From positions 256,001 through 320,000 of the forward strand of contig CAWBOS010000006.1 in NCBI GenBank assembly GCA_963790475.1: 64,000 nt of DNA. Direction: 5' to 3'. Shown piece after piece: positions 51,916 to 60,817 of the stretch. Positions within the stretch are counted from its first letter, which is position 1, and the number at the start of each line of letters is the position of its first letter. The position numbers and the translations under genes are program-made. The notes beneath the pieces are model-generated. The model saw nothing but the letters and a program-made list of their open reading frames with translations, made no database searches and was not told the origin of the DNA. This DNA is from an uncultured delta proteobacterium (GTDB taxonomy: Bacteria > Desulfobacterota > RBG-13-43-22).

Positions 51916-54273
51916 ATGAAGAAAGCCTTTAGCGAACGCGATATTTGCTCCAAGTACATTACTCCTGCATTAACCTCTGTCGGTTGGGACCTCCATCATC
52001 AGATTCGAGAAGAGGTCGGTTTTACCAAGGGCCGAATCATTGTTCGAGGAAAGCTGATTACCCGAGGGAAGGCCAAACGGGCTGATTATATTCTTTACTT
52101 CAAACCCAACATCCCCATCGCCCTGATAGAAGCCAAAGATAACACGCATTCTCTAAGTTCCGGTATGCAGCAGGCGTTGGCCTATGCTGATATCCTGGAC
52201 ATCCCCTTTGTTTATAGCTCGAACGGCGACGGCTTTATGGAACATGACCGCACGATTGTCACAGGAAAGATTGAGAAGGAGCTCTCCTTAACTGAATTTC
52301 CATCCCCGGAAACCCTCTGGCAACGATATCTGGATTGGAAGGCGATTCCTTTGGAATCCGAATCTTGCCTGACCCAGGACTACTATGTGGAGCCAGACTG
52401 GAAAACCCCGAGATATTATCAGGTCATAGCTATTAATAAGACTATGGAGGCCATCGCCAAAGGACAGAATCGTATCCTTTTAGTTATGGCCACCGGGACC
52501 GGCAAGACTTTTACCGCCTTTCAGATCATCTGGCGTTTATGGAAATCCGGCAGAAAAAAACGCATTCTCTATCTGGCGGATCGCAATATCCTGATTGACC
52601 AGACCATGACCAATGACTTTAAGCCTTTTGGTAAGGTTTTGACCAAGATTAAAAATCGGAAGGTAGACAAGTCTTACGAGATTTTCCTGGCTCTCTATCA
52701 GGGTATATCCGGCACGGAAGAGTTCAGGAATATTTACCGCGAATTCTCCCCTGATTTCTTTGATCTGATCATGATCGATGAATGTCATCGGGGCAGTGCC
52801 GCCGAGGATTCCGCCTGGCGTGAGATTCTGGATTATTTTAATAAGGCTACCCAAATCGGTATGACCGCAACACCCAAGGAAACCCGATTTATATCCAATA
52901 TCCATTATTTTGGTGAACCGATTTATGTCTACTCCTTAAAACAAGGTATTGATGACGGCTTTCTGGCCCCTTACAAGGTGGTACGTATTGATCTGGACAA
53001 GGATTTCGGCTGGCGTCCGGAACGGGGGAAACTCGATAAATTTGGGGCGGAGGTGCCGGATCGGGTCTATAACCAAAAGGACTATGATCGCGAGATGGTC
53101 CTGGAGCAACGAACCGAAGTTGTAGCTCAGAAGGTAACCGAATTCCTGAAGAAGACCGACCGGTTTGATAAGACCATCGTTTTCTGTGAAGATATAGACC
53201 ATGCCGAGCGGATGCGGGTAGCCTTGGTGAATGAGAATCCGGACATGGTTTCTAAAAGCAATCGATATATTATGCGAATTACCGGCGATAACGAAGAAGG
53301 CAAGCTGGAGCTGGATAACTTCATCGACCCCGAAAGTCCCTATCCGGTTATCGTCACTACCTCCAGGCTCATGACCACCGGCGTGGATGCTCAAACTTGC
53401 AAGTTGATCGTTCTGGATAAATCCATCAACTCCATGATCGAATTTAAGCAGATCATCGGCCGGGGCACCCGTATCAACGAAGAGTATGGTAAGTTTTTCT
53501 TCACCATTATGGATTTCCGCAGGGCAACAGAACTTTTTGCTGATCCCGCTTTTGACGGGGAACCGGTGCAGATTTATGAGCCGGGGCCGCAAGACCCTCC
53601 GGTCCCCCCAGATGAACCCGGAGGAGAAGATGATAAAGATATTATCGGTGATCCTCCTCCACCCGGACCGGGGGGCGATGAAGGGGGTGGCGGAGGCGAG
53701 GAAGGCCGGACTAAATATTATGTCAATGACGTACCGGTTTTTGTGCTCCGTCAACGGGTTCAGTATTACGGCCCGGACGGTAAACTCATCACCGAATCAC
53801 TGAAAGATTACACCCGTAAGAATGTCCTCAAAGAATATGCCTCTTTGGACGATTTCTTAAGAAAATGGACTGGCGCGGATAAAAAGCAGGCGGTGCTTGA
53901 AGAACTATATGAACAAGGGGTAATATTCGAAGCCCTGGCCGAAGAAGTTGGAAAAGACTTCGATCCTTTTGACTTGATTTGCCATGTCGCCTTCGATCAG
54001 CCGCCTCTGACCCGGCGGGAACGGGCCGATAATGTTCGGAAGCGTGATGTTTTCACCAAGTATGGAGAGCAAGCCCGGGCCGTGCTGGAAGCCTTACTTT
54101 TGAAATACCAGGATGACGAGGTCACCGAACTCGACGACCCGCAAATCCTGAGAATCGCGCCCTTCGATACCATGGGCACCCCGATGGAGCTCCTGAAACC
54201 CTTTGGAGACCTCAAAGGTTTCGAGCAAGCTGTCCATGACCTCCAAGCCGCACTCTACGAAAAGGCAGCCTGA
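51916..54273 (+). CDS. hsdR: Type I restriction subunit R, EcoAI (type IB) family
   Basis: SERDICSKYITPAL, ADY..IEAK nuclease motif, MATGTGKT, DECHRG, TATP, TGVD, QIIGRGTR, EcoEI-R C-terminus (DPFDLICHVAFD..LTRRERA). Confidence 0.95.
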   Translation: MKKAFSERDICSKYITPALTSVGWDLHHQIREEVGFTKGRIIVRGKLITRGKAKRADYILYFKPNIPIALIEAKDNTHSLSSGMQQALAYADILDIPFVYSSNGDGFMEHDRTIVTGKIEKELSLTEFPSPETLWQRYLDWKAIPLESESCLTQDYYVEPDWKTPRYYQVIAINKTMEAIAKGQNRILLVMATGTGKTFTAFQIIWRLWKSGRKKRILYLADRNILIDQTMTNDFKPFGKVLTKIKNRKVDKSYEIFLALYQGISGTEEFRNIYREFSPDFFDLIMIDECHRGSAAEDSAWREILDYFNKATQIGMTATPKETRFISNIHYFGEPIYVYSLKQGIDDGFLAPYKVVRIDLDKDFGWRPERGKLDKFGAEVPDRVYNQKDYDREMVLEQRTEVVAQKVTEFLKKTDRFDKTIVFCEDIDHAERMRVALVNENPDMVSKSNRYIMRITGDNEEGKLELDNFIDPESPYPVIVTTSRLMTTGVDAQTCKLIVLDKSINSMIEFKQIIGRGTRINEEYGKFFFTIMDFRRATELFADPAFDGEPVQIYEPGPQDPPVPPDEPGGEDDKDIIGDPPPPGPGGDEGGGGGEEGRTKYYVNDVPVFVLRQRVQYYGPDGKLITESLKDYTRKNVLKEYASLDDFLRKWTGADKKQAVLEELYEQGVIFEALAEEVGKDFDPFDLICHVAFDQPPLTRRERADNVRKRDVFTKYGEQARAVLEALLLKYQDDEVTELDDPQILRIAPFDTMGTPMELLKPFGDLKGFEQAVHDLQAALYEKAA

Positions 54274-54279
54274 TCGATT

Positions 54280-55719
54280 ATGAACGTAAGAACCACCGTT
54301 AAATCCATTCAAGATATCATGCGCCAGGATGTCGGTGTTGACGGCGATGCCCAACGCATCTCTCAGCTCTGCTGGATGTTTTTCCTCAAGATCATTGACG
54401 ACAAAGATAAAGAGCTGGAGACCTTTCAGAAGGGTTACCGTTCGCCCATTCCCCAAAACCTCCAGTGGCGGACCTGGGCCGCAAACCCCGAAGGCCTGAC
54501 CGGGGAGGGCCTGCTGATCTTCATTAATGACGAGCTTTTCCCAAAGCTTAAGGAGCTGCCCGAGGCCGGGCAAAACGGCCGCCGATTGGTGGTGCGTGAT
54601 GTTTTCGCAGATGCTTACAATTACATGAAGTCCGGCCAGCTCCTGCGACAAGTTATCAATAAGATCAGTGAGGTTGATTTTAACAATTTGGTCGAGCGGC
54701 AGCATTTCGGCGACATTTACGAACAGATCTTAAATGATCTCCAGAGTGCCGGCAATGCTGGTGAGTATTACACCCCGCGGGCCGTCACGGCCTTTATGGC
54801 CGACCGCATCGACCCTAAACCGGGAGAAATCCTCCTTGACCCGGCCTGCGGCACCGGCGGTTTTCTGACCTGCGCCGTTCGCCATATGCGCGAGCACTAT
54901 GTAAAAACCCCGGCCGATGAACAAAAAATGCAAAAGGCTCTAAGGGCTACGGAGAAGAAACAGCTTCCTCATATGCTCTGTGTCACCAATATGTTGCTTC
55001 ACGGTATCGACGACCCCTCTTTTGTCCGTCATGATAACACCCTGGCCCGGCCCTATGTCAGCTACACCAAGTCCGATCGAGTGGATATTGTCCTCACCAA
55101 TCCGCCTTTCGGCGGGCGTGAGGAAGACGGCATAGAGACCAACTTTCCGAAAAATTTCCAGACCCGGGAGACGGCCGACCTCTTTCTGGCCTTGATCGTT
55201 CGCTTGCTCAAACCAACCGGACGCACGGCCATCGTCCTGCCCGACGGCACCCTCTTCGGCGAAGGGGTTAAAACCCGCTTGAAGGAACATTTGCTTACAG
55301 AATGCAATCTCCACACCATCGTCCGCCTGCCCAACAGTGTCTTCAAACCCTACGCTTCTATCGGCACCAATCTTCTTTTTTTCGAAAAGGGCACATCTAC
55401 CAAAGAAATCTGGTTCTATGAGCACCGCGTCCCTGAGGGCCAAAAGGCCTACTCCATGACCAGGCCCATTCGATTCGAGCACCTGAAACCCTGTGTCGAG
55501 TGGTGGGACAAACGGGAAACGAATGAGGTCGCCTGGAAAGTGACCATCGATGAGATTAAGGCCCGAAACTATAATCTTGATTTCAAAAATCCCCATACCG
55601 TGGAGGAAGATCACGGAGACCCGGTGGAATTAATGGCCAAGCTGCAAGAGAGCGAACGGGAAACGGCCAAACTGCGGGACAAATTAAAGGCTATACTGGA
55701 AGAGGCCTTGCTTCGATGA
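54280..55719 (+). CDS. hsdM: Type I m6A methyltransferase subunit M
   Basis: IMRQDVGVDGDAQR, GEYYTPR, DPACGTGGFL, NPPF. Confidence 0.96.
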   Translation: MNVRTTVKSIQDIMRQDVGVDGDAQRISQLCWMFFLKIIDDKDKELETFQKGYRSPIPQNLQWRTWAANPEGLTGEGLLIFINDELFPKLKELPEAGQNGRRLVVRDVFADAYNYMKSGQLLRQVINKISEVDFNNLVERQHFGDIYEQILNDLQSAGNAGEYYTPRAVTAFMADRIDPKPGEILLDPACGTGGFLTCAVRHMREHYVKTPADEQKMQKALRATEKKQLPHMLCVTNMLLHGIDDPSFVRHDNTLARPYVSYTKSDRVDIVLTNPPFGGREEDGIETNFPKNFQTRETADLFLALIVRLLKPTGRTAIVLPDGTLFGEGVKTRLKEHLLTECNLHTIVRLPNSVFKPYASIGTNLLFFEKGTSTKEIWFYEHRVPEGQKAYSMTRPIRFEHLKPCVEWWDKRETNEVAWKVTIDEIKARNYNLDFKNPHTVEEDHGDPVELMAKLQESERETAKLRDKLKAILEEALLR

Positions 55720-55981
55720 AACCGCAGAATACATAGGAAGATATAAACCGCAGAATACGCAGAACAAGCAGAAAATTATCTTCGATTCCTTCCCTTCTGC
55801 GTCCTCTGCGTGTTCTGCGGTAATAAAATACCCGTGGTTTTTCTGGTTTACAAAGGCATCTTTACTGTAATTTCCGAGAAGCTTTCTCGGGAATCGGGAT
55901 ATGAACAGCAGAATACGCAGAACAGGCGGAAAAAGACAATTGGTTTAGACCCTTCTGCGTCCTCGGCGTGTTCTGCGGTTT
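55719..55981. repeat. Two palindromic units of a 9-nt-periodic repeat between hsdM and the Abi gene
   Basis: Left arms AACCGCAGAATAC.. (55720, 55746) and AACAGCAGAATACGCAG.. (55904); right arms CCTTCTGCGTCCTCKGCGTGTTCTGCGGT (55793-55821, 55951-55979). Confidence 0.88.
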
Positions 55982-56005
55982 GTGGTATTGTGACCTATTT
56001 TTTTC

Positions 56006-56035
56006 TTGACATTTACGGGATGATAATGGCAAAAT
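56006..56035 (+). promoter_or_regulatory. Internal promoter for the Abi cassette
   Basis: Perfect TTGACA at 56006; TG-extended CAAAAT at 56030 (18-nt spacer). Confidence 0.55.
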
Positions 56036-56040
56036 ACTTT

Positions 56041-56093
56041 CAACAATACCCGCCAAGCCTCTCAACGATGCTCAAATTGGCGGGTTACTTTTT
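56041..56093 (+). ncRNA. Candidate Abi-associated hairpin RNA (antitoxin or leader)
   Basis: ACCCGCCAA(56048-56056)/TTGGCGGGT(56077-56085) stem with 20-nt loop, then TACTTTTT, between the promoter and the Abi start. Confidence 0.5.
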
Positions 56094-56104
56094 GGTGGGA
56101 AGGG

Positions 56105-57022
56105 ATGAACGCCAATAAACCGCCAAAGACCTACCTCGAACAGCTTGAAATCCTTAAGAATAGGGGTATGGACGTCAAAGATGAAGGCAAGGCCATCCAT
56201 ATCCTTGAACACCATAATTACTATCGCCTTTCAGCTTACCGTTTTCCTTTTGTAGAAAAATCCAATCCTGATCGATATCTTCCTGGGACGACCTTCGAGG
56301 ATCTGTGGTCGTTATACTGCTTTGATCGCGGACTTCGTCAATTGGTGAACGAGGCTTGTAAACGTGTTGAAATCTCAGTCCGGGCGCGGTGGGCCTATGT
56401 GCTCGGGCATGCCTACCGCCCTCAGGCTTACAAAGACCCTGCCAATTTTCGGGACCATCCTCTACATACCAGACAACTTGCCACTCTTGATGAAGAACTA
56501 AATCGCAGTGATGAGGTTTTCGTTACCCATTACCGGAACAAATACGGGATGAATCGTCCGCCTATCTGGGCTGCCTGCGAGGTTATGTCCTTCGGGCTCC
56601 TAAGCCGTTTTTATACAAATATTCGGCGAGATCGAGATAAGAAACAGATTGCCCAGACTTACCAACTATCCATTGATAGCTTAAAGTCTCTACTGGAACA
56701 CACCGTTTATCTGCGCAACCTATGCGCTCACCATTCACGGCTCTGGAACCGTCGGTTTACCGTAACCGTGGCTTTGCCTACCTCAAGGCCGCCCGCGCTG
56801 ATCCCGAATTTCTCTCCGACACAAGACCGACGTCTCTATAACTCTCTTGTCCTGCTTATCCATATGCTGCAGATCATCGAGCCGGATAGCCACTGGCCGT
56901 TGAGGTTGATGGATCATATCAGACGTCTTGACCCAAAACTAATCCCTAATATGGGCTTCCCGACCGATTGGCAGTTGCTCCCGATCTGGCAGGGAATCCT
57001 GGGCAAAAGAAATACCGTATGA
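56105..57022 (+). CDS. AbiD/AbiF (Abi_2) family HEPN abortive-infection protein
   Basis: KPPKTYLEQLEILKNRGM, NYYRLSAY, LYCFDRGLR..VEISVR, PPIW..EVMSFG, HEPN RNLCAH followed by SRLWN. Confidence 0.9.
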   Translation: MNANKPPKTYLEQLEILKNRGMDVKDEGKAIHILEHHNYYRLSAYRFPFVEKSNPDRYLPGTTFEDLWSLYCFDRGLRQLVNEACKRVEISVRARWAYVLGHAYRPQAYKDPANFRDHPLHTRQLATLDEELNRSDEVFVTHYRNKYGMNRPPIWAACEVMSFGLLSRFYTNIRRDRDKKQIAQTYQLSIDSLKSLLEHTVYLRNLCAHHSRLWNRRFTVTVALPTSRPPALIPNFSPTQDRRLYNSLVLLIHMLQIIEPDSHWPLRLMDHIRRLDPKLIPNMGFPTDWQLLPIWQGILGKRNTV

Positions 57023-58791
57023 AAATTGATTCCCATCCTTCTGCGTCTTCGGCGTGTTCTGCGGTTTTGCAATATTTCGACCAGATCAGCGAAGCCCCCG
57101 ATTCCATCCAGCGCCTGCGGCGGTTTATTCTTGACCTGGCTGTGCGGGGGAAGTTGGTAGAGCAGAACCCAAACGATGAGCCGGCGGCGGAGTTGTTGAA
57201 GAGGATCGAGGAGGAGAAATACCGGATACAAAAAGCAAGTCAAAGTAAGAAGGAGAATTTTTTTGGAACTATTAAAGAAGATGAAATCCCATTTTCTGTT
57301 CCACCAAGCTGGGGTTGGGCCAGATTAGGGAATATCACTACTTATATTCAGCGTGGAAAATTGCCCCAATATTCAACTGGGTATGGCCCTTCTGTTATTT
57401 CACAAAAATGCATACAACGGGATGGCCTTCATATGGAGTGGGCAAAATTCCTGGTGCCGGAGTCCTTAGAAAACTATGAACCTGTTCGGTTTCTACAAGA
57501 TGGCGATCTTCTTTGGAACTCAACAGGAACCGGGACCATTGGCCGTGTAATTCGTGTTGATCATCCATCCGAGCCGCTAGTTTGCGATAGTCATGTAACT
57601 GTCATCCGTTGCCTTTTTGTTGATGAGAGATTTATCTGCATTTGGCTTCGCGCAGATTATGTTTATGGAACAATAGAGGATCGAGCAACAGGGGCTACGA
57701 AACAGGTTGAATTGACGGCATCAATGGCAAACAGCCAAATTACACCCCTTCCACCTCTCGCCGAACAACACCGGATCGTGGCCAAGGTGGATGAACTGAT
57801 GAAACTTTGCGATGAGCTGGAAGCAGCCCAGCAGAAGCGTGAGAGTCGACGGGACCGGTTGATTACCGCCGCGCTTAACAAACTAACCGATGAAACAGAA
57901 AATAAATCAATTCTAAAGTTTTCTATATCTTCCGCCTGTTCTGCGGTCTCACGGCCTACACATATACACCAACTCCGCCAGACCATCCTCAACCTCGCTG
58001 TCCGCGGCAAAATTGTCTCACAAAACTCAATGGACGAATCTGCTTCTGATCTGCTCGAACTAATCGCTCAGGAGCAACGGCTCTTAATAGAAAATGGACA
58101 CTTGAAGAGACGCATGCATTTGGATGATTCAAAGGTATTCCGTGGTCCTCATTCTATCCCAAAACACTGGCTTTGGGTCCCATTGGCCAAGTTAATTACC
58201 TTCGGGCCGCAAAATGGTGTTTCCCCGAAACCGACGAACGATGTGAAGGCGCCGAAGGCTTTAACGCTCACGGCAACTACCTCCGGCTATTTTAATTCCA
58301 CCCATTATAAGCATATTGAACTGAATGAGGCAGCCTGTGAACATTATTGGCTCAGTCCGGGTGACGTCCTTTTTCAGCGGGGCAACACAAGGGAATACGT
58401 TGGGATTGCGGCGGCATTCGACGGTCCGGAACAATCCTTTATCTTTCCCGATCTGATGATTCGAGTCCGATTTTCGAAGTCCCTGGATCTTCGATATATT
58501 CATACGGCACTTATTTCACCACCATTACGCCGATACTTTTCAGAGAGAGCATCTGGAGCATCGTCTTCGATGCCTAAGATTAGCCAAGGGGTCTTACTCA
58601 ATGCGCCTATTCCGCTACCACCCCTATCTGAACAACATCGGATCCTGGAGAGGATAGACATACTTATGGCGCTGTGCGCTGGCCTGGAAGCCAGCTTGAC
58701 TACCACTGCAACCACCCGCCTTCAACTCCTCAATGCCACCCTTGCCGAAATTTTTTCTGAGAGGAGTGAACTTCAAAAAGTAACCATATGA
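57019..58791 (+). CDS. hsdS: Type I specificity subunit S (two TRDs), start coupled to the Abi stop (ATGA)
   Basis: Two LR..IL.LAVRGK conserved blocks, PPSWGW/PKHWLW TRD starts, two PLPPLxEQHRI repeats. Confidence 0.93.
   Translation: MKIDSHPSASSACSAVLQYFDQISEAPDSIQRLRRFILDLAVRGKLVEQNPNDEPAAELLKRIEEEKYRIQKASQSKKENFFGTIKEDEIPFSVPPSWGWARLGNITTYIQRGKLPQYSTGYGPSVISQKCIQRDGLHMEWAKFLVPESLENYEPVRFLQDGDLLWNSTGTGTIGRVIRVDHPSEPLVCDSHVTVIRCLFVDERFICIWLRADYVYGTIEDRATGATKQVELTASMANSQITPLPPLAEQHRIVAKVDELMKLCDELEAAQQKRESRRDRLITAALNKLTDETENKSILKFSISSACSAVSRPTHIHQLRQTILNLAVRGKIVSQNSMDESASDLLELIAQEQRLLIENGHLKRRMHLDDSKVFRGPHSIPKHWLWVPLAKLITFGPQNGVSPKPTNDVKAPKALTLTATTSGYFNSTHYKHIELNEAACEHYWLSPGDVLFQRGNTREYVGIAAAFDGPEQSFIFPDLMIRVRFSKSLDLRYIHTALISPPLRRYFSERASGASSSMPKISQGVLLNAPIPLPPLSEQHRILERIDILMALCAGLEASLTTTATTRLQLLNATLAEIFSERSELQKVTI
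57037..57067 (+). repeat. Repeat copy translated in frame in the HsdS N-terminus (PSASSACSAV)
   Basis: 30 of 31 identical to 55951-55981. Confidence 0.9.
57921..57947 (+). repeat. Repeat copy translated in frame in the HsdS central region (SISSACSAV)
   Basis: 22 of 27 identical to the 57039-57065 copy; 57930-57944 is a perfect 15-bp inverse of 55917-55931. Confidence 0.8.
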
Positions 58792-58899
58792 AATCCTTCT
58801 TATCCTGTTATGATAGGCGCCGATTACCGATCACTAACCGTTCTGTCGGAGAAAACTGAAAAAGGAACAAATTTAAGACTCGAATGGGAGGGGGAAGAC

Positions 58900-60771
58900 A
58901 TGAAACTTAAACGGCTCCGCGTTAGGAACTTCCGCTGTTTCAAAGATGAAATTGCGTTTGATTTTGATGAGATGACTGCTTTTGTCGGGAAAAATGATGT
59001 AGGAAAGTCTACTGTAATGGATTCCCTTGATATTTTCTTGAACGAAGGTACGCCTGATAAGAATGATGCCTCCAAGCATGGTGATGGGAAGGATCTCACC
59101 ATCATCTGTGAATTCACGGATCTCCCTGATGAAGTTATCATCGATGATAATGTTCCAACTACCTTTCAAGGTGAGTATTTACTGAACGAAAATGATTCTT
59201 TGGAAATTCACAAAACATATAGCGGCCATACTGCAACGCCGAAGTGTACAAATATCGCTGCTTATGCCGTACATCCGACCGCAGAAGGTGCCAATGATTT
59301 ATTGCAGTTAAAAAATCCTGAATTAAAGAAGCGGGCAAAAGAATATAAGGTTGGCTTGGCGGGAGTAGATCAAAAGGTAAACGCACAATTACGTAGGGGT
59401 ATTCGGGACTCTATTGGGGACCTGAAACTACATCCCGTCATGGTACTGCTTAACGAAGAAAATGCAAAGAAAGCATGGGATGGGATCAAGACATACATTC
59501 CATCATTAGCTCTTTTTAAATCTGACCGCCAGAGCACCGATCAAGACCCGGAAGCTCAGGACCCGTTAAGGATGGCTGTTAAGGAGGCTATCAAGGAAAA
59601 GGAGACTGAACTTAACGCAATCGCTACTCATGTGGAAGCCGAGGTAAGACGGATTTCTGAAAAAACCTTAGAAAAGCTTAGAGATATGGACCCGAACCTG
59701 GCAAGAGAATTAAACCCGCAGATAAATATCAAAAAGTGGGATACACTATTTAATGTCAGCATAACTGGTGACGAAAACATCCCAATCAATAAGCGGGGTA
59801 GTGGTGTAAAACGGTTAATATTGCTAAATTTTTTTAGGGCCAAGGCAGAACAACAGGCCAGGGAGCGAAGTGATGCCCCTATCATTTATGCAATCGAAGA
59901 ACCTGAAACCAGCCAACATCCACATAACCAAAGGCTGTTGGTAAGCGCTTTAATGGATCTGTCTTTAGATAATCAAATCATCATAACTACCCACACACCG
60001 GTGCTCGCCAGGATGTTGCCTGACCAATGTCTTCGCTACATTCATCTAAAAAATGATGAGTCTCGGGAGGTGCTTCAAGGCGGTGGGGAGACTAACAAGC
60101 TGTTGGCAAAATCTCTGGGTGTTCTTCCGGACAATTCGATTAGGCTCTTCGTAGGAGTTGAGGGAAAGCATGACATCACCTTTCTTAAAAATATTTCGAA
60201 GGTGTTGCGACAAATGGGCGTGGATGTCCTCGACCTCGAAAATATGGAGTTGAACGGTGAACTTATATTCTTTCCCCTTGGTGGCTCATCTCTGGCGTTG
60301 TGGACTTCTCGTCTTGAGCCTTTATGTCGACCCGAATTCCATCTTTTTGATCGTGAAAACCAACTACCGATAGGAGCCAAGTATCAGGCCGAGGCTGATG
60401 CCATAAACCTGCGGGATAGATGCAAGGCCTCTATCACTGGTAAGAAAGAGATGGAAAATTATATTCACTTCGAGGCAATCAACGAAGCGTACACCCAGCA
60501 GTCCGGCCTCTCGCTGGGGCTTACAACAAATTTCGATGACTTCGAAGATGTACCAGCCAAGATTGCTGAACTCATTCATAACAAATCTGAAACTAAAAAG
60601 CCATGGACAGAATTGGAGATTGATACTCGAGACAAGAAGATTTCAAAGGTAAAGAAAACCCTTAATCACTTTGCGGTACAGTTGATGACGAAAGAACGAC
60701 TAAATCAAGTTGATCCGGACGCTCATGTTCTTGGATGGTTTCAACAAATGAAGCAACTGATCGAGATGTAG
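58900..60771 (+). CDS. OLD-family ATP-dependent endonuclease (ABC ATPase plus TOPRIM)
   Basis: RNFRCF, Walker A GKNDVGKS, signature RGSGVKR, Walker B AIEEPETSQHP, ITTH, TOPRIM VEGKHD..GGS..FDRE..KEMENY; GGAGGGG RBS before ATG 58900. Confidence 0.88.
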   Translation: MKLKRLRVRNFRCFKDEIAFDFDEMTAFVGKNDVGKSTVMDSLDIFLNEGTPDKNDASKHGDGKDLTIICEFTDLPDEVIIDDNVPTTFQGEYLLNENDSLEIHKTYSGHTATPKCTNIAAYAVHPTAEGANDLLQLKNPELKKRAKEYKVGLAGVDQKVNAQLRRGIRDSIGDLKLHPVMVLLNEENAKKAWDGIKTYIPSLALFKSDRQSTDQDPEAQDPLRMAVKEAIKEKETELNAIATHVEAEVRRISEKTLEKLRDMDPNLARELNPQINIKKWDTLFNVSITGDENIPINKRGSGVKRLILLNFFRAKAEQQARERSDAPIIYAIEEPETSQHPHNQRLLVSALMDLSLDNQIIITTHTPVLARMLPDQCLRYIHLKNDESREVLQGGGETNKLLAKSLGVLPDNSIRLFVGVEGKHDITFLKNISKVLRQMGVDVLDLENMELNGELIFFPLGGSSLALWTSRLEPLCRPEFHLFDRENQLPIGAKYQAEADAINLRDRCKASITGKKEMENYIHFEAINEAYTQQSGLSLGLTTNFDDFEDVPAKIAELIHNKSETKKPWTELEIDTRDKKISKVKKTLNHFAVQLMTKERLNQVDPDAHVLGWFQQMKQLIEM

Positions 60772-60817
60772 AAAAATGAGATCTAATCGCGGATACACAG
60801 ATTAATTGGATAGCGCC

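Noticed and set aside
52936-55614. Long antisense ORFs inside hsdR/hsdM, and similar ones inside groEL, ftsA and fusA
   Set aside because: These are shadow ORFs of well-supported genes with no motifs of their own.
55719-55981. CRISPR array or integron attC array
   Set aside because: Copies alternate in orientation, spacing is irregular, there are few units, no cas or intI gene is in the window, and no clear RYYYAAC/GTTRRRY ends were seen.
55810-56118. 102-aa ORF (and opposite-strand 55862-56065) between hsdM and Abi
   Set aside because: It is a read-through of the frame-preserving repeat, promoter and hairpin, with no recognisable domain.
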